From positions 203,184 to 267,183 of the forward strand of contig JANRLD010000042.1 in NCBI GenBank assembly GCA_033762915.1: 64,000 nucleotides of DNA, read 5' to 3'. A model generated the notes under the pieces. The model saw nothing but the letters and a program-made list of their open reading frames with translations. It had not been told where the DNA came from and did not search any database. Every line of letters starts with the position of its first letter. The first letter of the stretch is position 1. Positions 49,357-58,767 of this stretch are shown one piece after another. This DNA comes from Meiothermus sp. GTDB lineage: Bacteria; Deinococcota; Deinococci; Deinococcales; Thermaceae. The translations under genes and the position numbers were made by a program.

Positions 49357-50520
49357 ATGCCATCAGACCGTCGAGGCACCGCCCTGATCGTGGGAAAGTT
49401 TGCCCCGCCGCACAGGGGTCATCAGCATTTGATCGAGACTGCGCTGGCTGACCGGAGCTTGGATGATTGGGTTGTACTGGTTTATTCCAACCCCGACTTT
49501 CTGCCCAACATGCCCTCGCACCGCCGGGCAGCTTGGATTCAACACCTGTATCCGCAAGTCAGGGTCTTCGCCCCCGAGAACCCACCGCCCAACGCTGCCG
49601 ACGACTTTACCCAGCGCGAATTCGTGAAGGGCTGGCTCGGGCGACAAGTCGGGCGACAAGTCGGGCTTCACCACATCCAACCCGATGTTGTATACACCAG
49701 CGAGAGCTACGGTGAGGGTTTCGCCGAACATATCGGGGCAAGGCATGTGTTGGTGGATTTACCTCGCACCAATTTCCCACTTTCGGGGACTCGAGTCCGC
49801 GAAGTTTTGGCCAAGCTCGAAGCTTCCCGCCGCATTTCCTCTAGCCCATGCTGTGCTGTGGAGTTTGATCCCGACTTGCTCGATCAACTTGCCAAGGCCA
49901 CCGATCCCTACATTTTCAAACAGCTTTTGCGCTGGCTCGAGCCGGTCAAGCGGGTGGTCTTTCTGGGCGCGGAGTCTACCGGCAAGAGCACCCTCACCGA
50001 GGCCGTGGCCAAAGAGATGGGCATGCCCTTCGTGGCCGAGTACGGGCGCGAGCATTACGAGCGGAAGGGCGGGGTGATGGAACTCGAGGACTACCTACAC
50101 ATTGCCCGCCGCCACCGCGAACTCGAGGACGCCGCCCGGCTGCGCCTGCTGGGCGAGGGCCGCGGCGGCTACGTCTTCAGCGACACCAACGCCCTGACCA
50201 CCCTCTTCTTCAGCTACTACTACCATCAGGGCGGCCTGCCGGAGCTGCACCGAATCGCCAACCTGTGCAACGAGCGCTACCATCACGTCTTCGTGTGTGC
50301 CGACGATATCCCTTTCGCACAGGACGGCTGGCGCGACAACGAGGCGTGGCGCGGGCGGATGCAGGGGCTAGTCCTGCACGACCTGGACAGCCGGGGCATC
50401 CCCTACACGCTGGTCTGGGGAAGCCTCGAGGGGCGCGTCCGCCAAGTGAGGCAGGTGCTGGACGGCTTGCCGGGGCACGGTCGGCCCCAGCTCCCGCAGC
50501 TGGGGCCGCGGCCCAGCTGA
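49357..50520 (+). CDS. nadR: NadR-like NMN adenylyltransferase/ribosylnicotinamide kinase (no HTH)
   Basis: GKFAPPHRGH (HxGH), SESYG, GAESTGKST, EYGRE, DT and QDG.R motifs. Confidence 0.88.
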   Translation: MPSDRRGTALIVGKFAPPHRGHQHLIETALADRSLDDWVVLVYSNPDFLPNMPSHRRAAWIQHLYPQVRVFAPENPPPNAADDFTQREFVKGWLGRQVGRQVGLHHIQPDVVYTSESYGEGFAEHIGARHVLVDLPRTNFPLSGTRVREVLAKLEASRRISSSPCCAVEFDPDLLDQLAKATDPYIFKQLLRWLEPVKRVVFLGAESTGKSTLTEAVAKEMGMPFVAEYGREHYERKGGVMELEDYLHIARRHRELEDAARLRLLGEGRGGYVFSDTNALTTLFFSYYYHQGGLPELHRIANLCNERYHHVFVCADDIPFAQDGWRDNEAWRGRMQGLVLHDLDSRGIPYTLVWGSLEGRVRQVRQVLDGLPGHGRPQLPQLGPRPS

Positions 50521-50708
50521 GGCCGGGCCTGGCGATGGGGTCACAGGTCGCATATCACCTCACTGGAGCCGCCGGTGGTTATTAAGCACAGCCCTGAATC
50601 AGGATGGCGTGGTAAGCTCCCCCGGCCTTAAGGGGTTTCTGACCCGTTCGTTCTCACATCCTGCCTTGCCCGGGCACGGCCCGTGCGATTTTGCAAGCTG
50701 TTCTGTAT

Positions 50709-52166
50709 ATGCTGCGCCACAGCCTCATCTACCTACTCGCTCGAGGGGTTCCGGCCCTTCTGAACTTCGCCAGTATCGCGGTCTTCACGCGCATGCTGGC
50801 CCCCGAGACCTACGGCCAGTACGCCCTGGTGGTCAGCGGGCTGACCCTGGTCAACATCCTGGTCTTCCAGTGGGTGCGGGTCTCGCTGGTGCGCTACTTT
50901 CCCGCCCACGTCGACGACCCCCGCCCCTTGATGTCGTTGCTGCTGAGCCTGATGGCCCTGCTGGGCCTGGGCTCGGGGGCGGTGGGACTGGCCCTGGCGG
51001 CGCTGTGGCCCGACCCGGTGTGGCAGGGGCTGGTCGGGCTGGCGGTGCCGCTGCTGTGGTTGACGGCCTGGCTGGACCTAAACCTCGAGCTGCTCAGGAG
51101 CCGCCTCGAGCCGCTGCGCTACGGTCTGATCTACCTGGTGCGCTCGGCGGGCACGCTGGTGCTAGGGACGGCGCTGATTCTGTGGGGGCTGGGGGCCTAC
51201 GGGCCGCTCCTGGGCATGGGGCTGGGGCTTCTGCTGGGCGGGGTGCTGTTGGCGGGCGACTGGCGCGGAGTACGCCCGGTCCGGCCCGACCCCCCCATGC
51301 TGCGCACCCTGCTGGCCTACGGGCTGCCGCTGACTGGAACGTTCGCGCTCGACGCGCTGATCGAGACCGGGGGGCGCTTCATGGTCGCCCACTTTCACGG
51401 CGAGGCCGTGGTGGGGGTCTACGCGGCGGGCTACGACCTGATCCAGAACGCCATGACCCTGCTCCTGTTCGTGGTCAACCTGGCCGCCTTCCCGCTGGTG
51501 GTGCGGGCGCTCGAGGGTCAGGGGATGAAGGCCGCGAAGGAACGGCTGGAGCACAATGGCCTGCTGATCCTGGGGCTTGGGCTGCCTGCCGCCGCCGGGA
51601 TCGCGCTACTGGCCCCCAACATCACCCAGACCGTGCTGGGCGTGCGCTACGCCGAGGCCCAGGCCATCCTGCCGGTGGTGGCGGCGGCGATGCTGGTGGC
51701 CGGGTTCAAGCGGTTCCACCTCGACCTGGCCTACCAATTGGGCCAGCGCACCTACCTCCAGCTCTATAACGTCGCCGCCGCCGCCCTGACCAGCCTGCTG
51801 CTGGGCTGGTGGCTGATCCCCGGTCTTGGCGTGTTGGGAGCGGCCTGGGCGGTGCTGGGCGGCTACCTGGCGGGAGCGGTGGTGAGCGCGGCGCTGGGGC
51901 GGCTGGCCTTCGCGGTGAGCCTGCCACTGCTGGACAGCCTCAAGCTGCTGGCCGCCACCGGCTTCATGGCGGCGGCGCTGTGGGTGGGGCGGCAGCCGGT
52001 GGGGGTGCTCGAGCTGCTGGTGCAGATCGGGGTGGGGGTGTGCGCCTACCTTTTGGCCTGCTACGCCCTCGATGTGGCCGGTCTGCGCAGCCGCCTAGGC
52101 TCGGTGATGGACCGGGCCTCGGCCCCCTTGCGGCGGCTGGTGCTCTCGAGTCCGCGCGGCCGCTGA
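50709..52166 (+). CDS. Polysaccharide flippase (Wzx/MOP family)
   Basis: TR.L.PE.YG.Y, LLAYG.PL and VGVYAA.Y motifs; about 14 hydrophobic segments. Confidence 0.85.
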   Translation: MLRHSLIYLLARGVPALLNFASIAVFTRMLAPETYGQYALVVSGLTLVNILVFQWVRVSLVRYFPAHVDDPRPLMSLLLSLMALLGLGSGAVGLALAALWPDPVWQGLVGLAVPLLWLTAWLDLNLELLRSRLEPLRYGLIYLVRSAGTLVLGTALILWGLGAYGPLLGMGLGLLLGGVLLAGDWRGVRPVRPDPPMLRTLLAYGLPLTGTFALDALIETGGRFMVAHFHGEAVVGVYAAGYDLIQNAMTLLLFVVNLAAFPLVVRALEGQGMKAAKERLEHNGLLILGLGLPAAAGIALLAPNITQTVLGVRYAEAQAILPVVAAAMLVAGFKRFHLDLAYQLGQRTYLQLYNVAAAALTSLLLGWWLIPGLGVLGAAWAVLGGYLAGAVVSAALGRLAFAVSLPLLDSLKLLAATGFMAAALWVGRQPVGVLELLVQIGVGVCAYLLACYALDVAGLRSRLGSVMDRASAPLRRLVLSSPRGR

Positions 52167-52197
52167 GCCACAGGGCCGCCCGGGGTATGCTGGGCCG

Positions 52198-52533
52198 GTG
52201 CCGGCGTCAGAGCCCAGCCCCGAAGTGCTTAATGCGGGCCTCGAGCTGGCCCTGGAGTGGGGCCAGAACTTCGGCAAGCCGGTGGGGCCGCGTCTGGCGG
52301 CGCTCCACCCCGAGCTTTCGGCGGGACAGCTCGAGGCGTGTGAGCAACTCTGTCAGGAGGCCAAATACTTCGCCTTCCGGGTGCTTTACGATCTCTATGA
52401 GCAGGGCTACAAAGACCCTTCTGCCCAGCAGTACCACCAGCCGGTGCTGGAAAAATACCCGTGGATTTCCGGGGAGAACCTGAGCCGCCTGCTCACCCAG
52501 GGCCGCTACTACGCCTGGCGTGATTTCGGCTGA
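52198..52533 (+). CDS. Hypothetical protein, paralogue of 48272-48592
   Basis: LN.GL.LA..WG....KP...RLA.LHPELS...PW....NLSRL..QG.YYA; TATGCT box 6 nt before the GTG. Confidence 0.75.
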   Translation: MPASEPSPEVLNAGLELALEWGQNFGKPVGPRLAALHPELSAGQLEACEQLCQEAKYFAFRVLYDLYEQGYKDPSAQQYHQPVLEKYPWISGENLSRLLTQGRYYAWRDFG

Positions 52534-52536
52534 GCC

Positions 52537-53064
52537 TCAGGGCACTCGGATGCCCAGGTATTCCACCCACCGGGCACAGCCCGACTCGGCAGCTGCATCT
52601 CGAGCCTTCCCGGCCCAGCTGGCCTCGCCGGTAGCCTTGGACATGGCCCAGAGGGCGCGGCTTTGGCTGTAGGGGTCTTGGGAGCGCTCGAGGGCTTTTT
52701 CTGCCGTCTGCTGGGCTTTTCCCAGGTTTCCCCACAGCGCCTGGGCTTCAGCCAGCATGGCCAGGGTCAGCCCCGAGAATTCTTGCCCCATCCACTCCTG
52801 CAGCCCTAAGGCCTTGCCCAAAACCAGTACCGCCGCCTTGCCCTGGCCTCGCCGAATCATGGCCTCGGCCTGAACCAGCAGTGCGGCCAGGGCTCGAGGC
52901 TTTGTGGTGGGGTTTGCCAACTCACTTTGCGCTACTCTCTCGCCCGCTTCGGGCTCGGCCAGAACGAGGTCGAGCAGTGGGGGAAGTTGCTCGGGGCTAT
53001 CCAAGGCGGCGAAGGCGGCCTCGAGGTCTCGAGCGATGAGGGGGTTTGGGGGGCCGAGTGCCAT
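52537..53064 (-). CDS. Hypothetical helical/TPR-like protein
   Basis: Ala/Leu-rich helical repeats; start uncertain. Confidence 0.55.
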   Translation of the reverse strand: MALGPPNPLIARDLEAAFAALDSPEQLPPLLDLVLAEPEAGERVAQSELANPTTKPRALAALLVQAEAMIRRGQGKAAVLVLGKALGLQEWMGQEFSGLTLAMLAEAQALWGNLGKAQQTAEKALERSQDPYSQSRALWAMSKATGEASWAGKARDAAAESGCARWVEYLGIRVP

Positions 53065-53240
53065 AGCGTCTTTGGGCAAGTTGTGCCAGGGTCTGGATGG
53101 GCAGAATCGGTCGCGACGTGCCGGGGTACGATGGCCCATGTTTTGGGGCAGTAAGCTGCCTCTTACAGCGGATTTCAGGCCGAACTCGGCCAAGACCTTG
53201 GGGCGGTCCGGGCAAAAGACCAAGCCATTTGCTCTCGCCG

Positions 53241-53639
53241 CTACGCCACCTGCCGCAGCCAGTCTTTCATGTTGTAGTGGTTGGCGATCCGCGCCACCTT
53301 GCCGTCCCGGATTTCAAAGAACGCACCTACCCGCAGGGTATACTGCTGGCCGTGGGCGGGCGGTAGGGCACCGTCCTGGGCCAGATAGGTGCCCTCCAGC
53401 ATGAACTCGGCCGCGGCCCTCGAGCCGTCGGCGCTCACCATGACCGCCAGGTCGTACGCCCGCTCGTCGTAGCAGCGGTTCATGTGCTCCATGAACTTCC
53501 CGAAGGCGGTCTTGCCGGTCTCGCTGCCGCCCTGGCTGATCTCGTGAATCACGTCGTCGGCGAGCAACTCGAGGAAGCCCGCGACGTCCTTGGCGTTAAA
53601 ACGGTCGTAGTAGGTGCGAATCAGGTTCTCGGTGTCCAC
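53241..53639 (-). CDS. SnoaL/NTF2-like ketosteroid-isomerase-related protein
   Basis: YY..FN..D...L.DDV.H...G.Y...LP.A.GQ.Y....GAFF...NHYN pattern. Confidence 0.88.
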   Translation of the reverse strand: MDTENLIRTYYDRFNAKDVAGFLELLADDVIHEISQGGSETGKTAFGKFMEHMNRCYDERAYDLAVMVSADGSRAAAEFMLEGTYLAQDGALPPAHGQQYTLRVGAFFEIRDGKVARIANHYNMKDWLRQVA

Positions 53640-53698
53640 CCCGACATCCTATCGTGTTTGGGCAAAAGCCCCGAGACCGGCACGAGTACAATGCCCCC

Positions 53699-54100
53699 GT
53701 GTACATCACCCGCCTGGCCTACGTTCACCTGACCGTGCGCCACCTCGAGGCCGCAGTCACCTTCTACACCCGCTTTCTGGATCTACAGCTTGCCGAGCGC
53801 TTCGAGCAAACCTCGCTGCTGGTCTCCTCAGAAAGCCGCGACCACTTCGAGCTGGCCCTGACCGAGGGCCGGCCCTCCGGTCCTGTCACCCTAGGCTTCG
53901 CCGCCGCGACCCCGGCAGACTTCGAGGCTGCCAAGGCATTTGTGCGCCTCGAGGAGGTGCGCTGGAGACTCGAGGACAGGGGCATCGCCGACGTGCTGAT
54001 CCTCCAAGACCCCGACGGCAACACCGTCGAGTTGTTCTTGGACAAGCGCAGCAGCGGCGGGCGGCCCTTCTGGCGCGGGGAGGCAGCGAGCGACAGGTAG
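53699..54100 (+). CDS. VOC family protein
   Basis: VHLTV..LE.A..FY...DPDGN.VEL pattern; TACAAT 6 nt before the GTG. Confidence 0.85.
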   Translation: MYITRLAYVHLTVRHLEAAVTFYTRFLDLQLAERFEQTSLLVSSESRDHFELALTEGRPSGPVTLGFAAATPADFEAAKAFVRLEEVRWRLEDRGIADVLILQDPDGNTVELFLDKRSSGGRPFWRGEAASDR

Positions 54101-54183
54101 AGATTGCGGATGCAGAAGAATGGAGACCGCTCTAAGTTGCGCCAGGGTAGAAGTGCGGAATCGGCGGAAGCAGCAAATACGTG

Positions 54184-54265
54184 CCAGGGCGGAGTGGCGT
54201 GCGCCATAGCCGCAGAGCGGCTACCCAGGGCGGAGTGGCGTGTGCCATAGCCGCAGAGCGGCTAC
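54184..54265. repeat. 41-bp tandem duplication containing two hairpins
   Basis: CCAGGGCGGAGTGGCGTG(C/T)GCCATAGCCGCAGAGCGGCTAC, two copies with one mismatch. Confidence 0.85.
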
Positions 54266-54400
54266 CCGGGGCGCAATTCCCTGCGGCGGCTGGCGGGCGA
54301 CATTTCGTGTTACAACTCTGGAGACGCTTAGGGTGCGGTGTCGCGGTAGAACAATTTGTGAACCGCCGATGGCCGTAATGGCAGCCAAAAGTGAAACATC

Positions 54401-54431
54401 AAAAAAGCCGCTCGAGATGCTCGAGCGGCTT
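54401..54431 (-). terminator. glgP terminator
   Basis: AAGCCGCTCGAG-ATG-CTCGAGCGGCTT with a poly-T tail on the minus strand. Confidence 0.7.
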
Positions 54432-54454
54432 GCGGACTCCGACCTTCAGCCCGC

Positions 54455-56989
54455 CTACACCCGTACCGGCTGCGGCGTGTTCTCCCCGGCCCAGCGCACA
54501 AAAGCCACCTCGTGCCGGCTGCTCAGCTCGGGGTGAACCGCCACCGCCCGGACGCCGTAAACGTAGCTGCCGGGGCGGGCGGGCAGGTAGGTGCCGCTGA
54601 ACAAGAGCGCGTCGCGCTCCTGGCCTGCGGGCTTAAGGGCAACCACCTCGAGGTCGCCGCTGCTGCGCCGCACCACCAGCTCAACCTGCAGGGTGTCCAC
54701 CGGCAGGCCATAGGCTTGCAGATACGCTTTAACCTGGAGCGGCTGGTTGAGGCTGGTCCCTGGTGACTCGACCCACAGGCGCACGTTCTTCCACTCGCGC
54801 TGGGTCAGGGTCTTCCAGGCCGCCACCGCCTTTAGGGCCTCGTTGTTCCGCTCGGCCAGGTGTGCGGCCCGCTTGCCCAGGGGGGTGTAGAACTTGTGGT
54901 GGTAGTCGTCCACCATGCGCTGGGCCGAGTAGGTGGGGCCGCAGCTGCGGATACTCTCCCGTACCATCGCCAGCCAGCCCGAAGGGGTGCCCACCGAGCC
55001 CCTGGCGTAAAAGAGCGGGATGATCTCGTTTTGCAGGGTGTCGTAGAGGCTCTGGGCGTTGGCGAAGTCCTCGGCCTCTTCGGTGGAAAAGTCGCCGGAG
55101 TAGTGGGAGCGCTCATCGCCGATGGCCCAGCCGTTGGTGGCGTTGAAGGCTTCGGCCCACCAGCCGTCCAGGATAGAGAAGTTGAGGCCGCCGTTGAGCG
55201 CGGACTTCATGCCCGAGGTGCCGGAAGCCTCCATCGGGCGGCGGGGGGTGTTGAGCCACACGTCCACGCCCTGCACCAGCGTCCGTGCCAGGCCCATGTC
55301 GTAGTTCTCGAGCAGAATCACCCGATCCTCGAGGCCCAGCCGCTTGACCAGCTCGGCCAGCTTCTTGATGAACTCCTTGCCGGGTTCGTCCTTGGGGTGG
55401 GCCTTGCCCGCGAAGACGAACTGAACCGGCAGCGGGCCGTTCATGATCGAGAGCAGCCGCTCGGGGTCGGAGAAGAGCAGGACCGCGCGCTTGTAGGTCG
55501 CAAAGCGGCGGGCGAAACCGATGGTGAGCACGGTGGGGTCGAGCACCTTCTCGGCGGAGCGCAGCTTGGCGGGCAGGTCGCCGTTGCGGCGGCGCTGCTC
55601 GAAGAGGCGCTTGCGCACCTCCACCACCAGGTTGGCCCGCAGCTGGTTGCGCACGCGCCAGAGGTCGACCTCCTCGAGTTTGTCCACCGTCCACTGCTCG
55701 GTCTTGTGGACGTTCTCGCGCCAGCTCTTGGGGAAGCTCTGCTCGTAGAGGGCCAGCAGGTCGGGGTTGAGGAAGGTGAAGACGTGTACGCCGTTGGTGA
55801 TGTGCTCGATGGGGACTTCCTCGACCTCGAAGCCCTTCCAGCGCTCGTGGAACATCTCCCTCGAGACCTGCCCGTGCAGTGCCGAGACGCCGCCCGCCGC
55901 GCGGGAGGTGGCCAGAGCCAGGTTGGACATCGAGAACACGTCGCCGTAGGTCTTGTGCTCGCGCCCGAGGTTGATGAACTCGTCCTTGGAGATGCCCAGC
56001 TTGCTCCACCAGCCGTCGAGGTAGCGGTCAATCAGGTCGAGCGGGAAGGAGTCGTGACCTGCCGGGACGGGGGTGTGGGTGGTGAAGAGAGCTCCGGAGG
56101 CGGCGGCCTCGAGGCTCTCCGCAAAGCCGCGCCCCGCGGCCACCGTCTCGCGCATGCGCTCCAGGCCCAGGAAGGCGGCGTGGCCCTCGTTCATGTGCCA
56201 AACCTCGGCCTCGATGCCCAGCGCCCGCACCAGCCGCACCCCACCTATGCCCAGCACCAGCTCCTGCTGGATGCGGGTCTCCTGGCCGGGGGCGTAGAGG
56301 CGTGCGGTGAGGTTGCGGTCGTCGGCGCTGTTCTCCGGCAGGTTGGTGGACATCAGGTAGACCGGAATCGTGCCCACCTGGGCCTTGAAGGCGGTGATGT
56401 AGACGGTGCGCCCGGGGAACTCGACGCCCACCTTGACCGGCTTGCCGTCCTTGTCCAGCACCGGCACCAGCGGCAGCACCTCGGCGGGCAGGTCTTCGTA
56501 GACCTCCTGCTGCTTGCCCTCGGCGGTGAGCTCCTGGCGGAAATAGCCCTCGTGGTAGAACATCCCGATGCCGGTGAGCGACAACCCCAGATCGGAGGCC
56601 GACTTGATGTGGTCACCGGCCAGAATCCCGAGGCCGCCGGAGTAGATGGGCAGCGACTCGTGGAAACCGAACTCCATCGAGAAGTAGGCGATCTTTGGGG
56701 TCTTTTGGGGGCGGGTCTCGAGGTAGCGCCGGAAGTTGGCCACGGTGGCCTGAACCGCGCCCACATAGCCGGCGTTCTCGGCCAGCGAGGCCAGCCGCTC
56801 AGGGTCGGCCTCGAGCAGCGCCCGCACGGGGTTTGACCGGAAGCGCTTCCACTGCGACGAATTAATCTGCTCGAAGAGGCGCTGAGCCTCGGGGTTCCAA
56901 CTCCACCAGAGGTTGTAAGCCACCTCGCGCAAGCCCTTGAGCGGCTCGGGCAGGGTGGGCATGGCGGTGATCCGTCCGATTACGTTCAT
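54455..56989 (-). CDS. glgP: Alpha-glucan (glycogen) phosphorylase
   Basis: NLWWSW, YSGGLG.LAGD, NEGH, FARRFATYKR and EASGTSGMK motifs. Confidence 0.96.
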   Translation of the reverse strand: MNVIGRITAMPTLPEPLKGLREVAYNLWWSWNPEAQRLFEQINSSQWKRFRSNPVRALLEADPERLASLAENAGYVGAVQATVANFRRYLETRPQKTPKIAYFSMEFGFHESLPIYSGGLGILAGDHIKSASDLGLSLTGIGMFYHEGYFRQELTAEGKQQEVYEDLPAEVLPLVPVLDKDGKPVKVGVEFPGRTVYITAFKAQVGTIPVYLMSTNLPENSADDRNLTARLYAPGQETRIQQELVLGIGGVRLVRALGIEAEVWHMNEGHAAFLGLERMRETVAAGRGFAESLEAAASGALFTTHTPVPAGHDSFPLDLIDRYLDGWWSKLGISKDEFINLGREHKTYGDVFSMSNLALATSRAAGGVSALHGQVSREMFHERWKGFEVEEVPIEHITNGVHVFTFLNPDLLALYEQSFPKSWRENVHKTEQWTVDKLEEVDLWRVRNQLRANLVVEVRKRLFEQRRRNGDLPAKLRSAEKVLDPTVLTIGFARRFATYKRAVLLFSDPERLLSIMNGPLPVQFVFAGKAHPKDEPGKEFIKKLAELVKRLGLEDRVILLENYDMGLARTLVQGVDVWLNTPRRPMEASGTSGMKSALNGGLNFSILDGWWAEAFNATNGWAIGDERSHYSGDFSTEEAEDFANAQSLYDTLQNEIIPLFYARGSVGTPSGWLAMVRESIRSCGPTYSAQRMVDDYHHKFYTPLGKRAAHLAERNNEALKAVAAWKTLTQREWKNVRLWVESPGTSLNQPLQVKAYLQAYGLPVDTLQVELVVRRSSGDLEVVALKPAGQERDALLFSGTYLPARPGSYVYGVRAVAVHPELSSRHEVAFVRWAGENTPQPVRV

Positions 56990-57113
56990 AACCAGTTTGA
57001 GATTGTACCATCTCACATTTCGCCCATCCGGTCAAAGGGTGAATAGTTACGTTTCTGACGGTGTGTAATGGCTCCAAGTACGGGCGCTTTTAGGGCTTGC
57101 TATACTCGGCACG

Positions 57114-57806
57114 ATGTCCGCTCTCGAGTCTACCGTTCGCGCTGCCCATGCCGCCCTGGACCGGCGGGCGGAGGCGTACCTCGAGCAGCACCGCCTCGGC
57201 CTGAGCTGCCGCAAGGGCTGCTTCTCCTGCTGTCTGGCGCTGGTGGTGGTGGGTCTGGCCGAGGCTGAGTATTTGCGTGAGCGGCTCGAGCCCGAAGTCC
57301 TCAAGCGCGTCGAGCAGGCCGGCCAGAAGCGCCTAAAACGAATTGCCCGGGAGAAGCACCGGCCGGACTTCGCTACCCGCTACTTCCTCGAGGCCAACCG
57401 CTGCCCGGTGCTGGCCGAGGACGGCTCCTGCTCGGCCCACGCGGCGCGGCCCCTGGCCTGCCGGGGGGTGCTGACCGACCTCGAGGCCCGCTACTGCGCC
57501 CCTGGGGCGGTGCCCGGCCTCAAAGGCAAAGACAAGTCCGCCTACCAAGGCCGGCTGACTGCTCAGCACGGCCCCGAGCACTACCTCAAAGCCCCCTGGC
57601 AGTCCTCCGAGCGTCAGGCCCAGAGGTTGTGGGAACTCGAGCGGCGGCAGCGCGGCTTTACGGTGATCGGGGAACTGGCGGGCCTGATCTATCTGCTGGG
57701 TTTGGGAGAGTTCAGGGCGGCGCTTGAGGGGGGCTTGCCGCCTACCCAGCAGTATCTCGAGGGGTGGAAGGTCCTCGGCGGGGACTGGGGTTTTTGGGCG
57801 GGTTGA
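57114..57806 (+). CDS. YkgJ-family cysteine cluster protein
   Basis: CRKGCFSCC...CP.L....C..H..RPLACR pattern. Confidence 0.85.
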   Translation: MSALESTVRAAHAALDRRAEAYLEQHRLGLSCRKGCFSCCLALVVVGLAEAEYLRERLEPEVLKRVEQAGQKRLKRIAREKHRPDFATRYFLEANRCPVLAEDGSCSAHAARPLACRGVLTDLEARYCAPGAVPGLKGKDKSAYQGRLTAQHGPEHYLKAPWQSSERQAQRLWELERRQRGFTVIGELAGLIYLLGLGEFRAALEGGLPPTQQYLEGWKVLGGDWGFWAG

Positions 57807-57909
57807 GGGCGCTTTGCCGGGGTGGGCTCGGTTCTGGTGATGTGTCTGCTCACCTTGTTCGGATGAGGGGCCCCTGGTCCCTACACCTGCGGTGATATGA
57901 ACATCCACC

Positions 57910-57941
57910 ATGTTGGGACGCAAGGCCTTGCGTCCCAACAT
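57910..57941. repeat. Perfect 32-bp REP-like palindrome between convergent genes
   Basis: ATGTTGGGACGCAAGGCCTTGCGTCCCAACAT. Confidence 0.7.
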
Positions 57942-57977
57942 CTTGATTTTGACTTCTCTCTTCTTTTTCCTCGCCCT

Positions 57978-58721
57978 TCAAAACTTCAATCTGGCCCCTG
58001 AGCCGGCCCTGCGGCCGGCCTCTACAATCTCCTCGAGCCGGTTGAACTGCTCGATCCCCACCCCCGGCAGCTCGGGGCGAATGTAAACCTCGGGCGGGTA
58101 GAGTGAGCGGCGGGCGGCGGTGAGGTGGTTCTGCATGATGTCTATCGAGCGGCGCACCTGGCCGATGGAAGAGCGGGGGACACCCGCCAGCGACATCTCG
58201 GGGGTCACGTCGATGGCCAGCACGTACTTGGCCCGCAGGAAGCGGGCGGCGTCGACCGGGAGGTTGTCCAGCACCCCGCCGTCGACGTAGGTGCGGCCCT
58301 CGTGAACGACGGGAGCGACCAGGCCGGGGTAGGCGGCAGAGGCCATAACCGCCCCCGGCAGGTCGCCCTCGGTAAAGTAGGTGACCTTGCCCGCCTCGAG
58401 GTCCACTGCCGTCACCACCAGTCGCTTTTTTAGCTGTTCAAAGCGGCTGGGCAGGTACTTGGCCATGAACTCGCGCAGGCCGCGCTGGGAGATCAGGCCG
58501 GGGCGCGGAACCAAGTCCAGCAGGCGCAGCCAGGGCGTCTGGCGGCAGATGTCCAGAATCTCGCCTGCACTCTTCCCGGTGGCATACAGTGCCCCGATCA
58601 CCCCGCCCATGCTGGTGCCTGCCACCACCTCGGCGTTAAAGCCCTGGGCCTCGAGCACCTCGAGCACCCCGATGTGGGCCAAACCCCTGGCCCCACCGCC
58701 CGACAAAACTAGGCCGCGCAT
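57978..58721 (-). CDS. Patatin-like phospholipase
   Basis: GGGARG, GTSMG and DGG motifs. Confidence 0.93.
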   Translation of the reverse strand: MRGLVLSGGGARGLAHIGVLEVLEAQGFNAEVVAGTSMGGVIGALYATGKSAGEILDICRQTPWLRLLDLVPRPGLISQRGLREFMAKYLPSRFEQLKKRLVVTAVDLEAGKVTYFTEGDLPGAVMASAAYPGLVAPVVHEGRTYVDGGVLDNLPVDAARFLRAKYVLAIDVTPEMSLAGVPRSSIGQVRRSIDIMQNHLTAARRSLYPPEVYIRPELPGVGIEQFNRLEEIVEAGRRAGSGARLKF

Positions 58722-58767
58722 GAGGGTATTGTCGAGAGTGGAGGGTCGGGGGTCAAGGGTGGGAGCC

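Noticed and set aside
54184..54265. CRISPR array
   Set aside because: Two directly abutting units, no spacers and no cas genes
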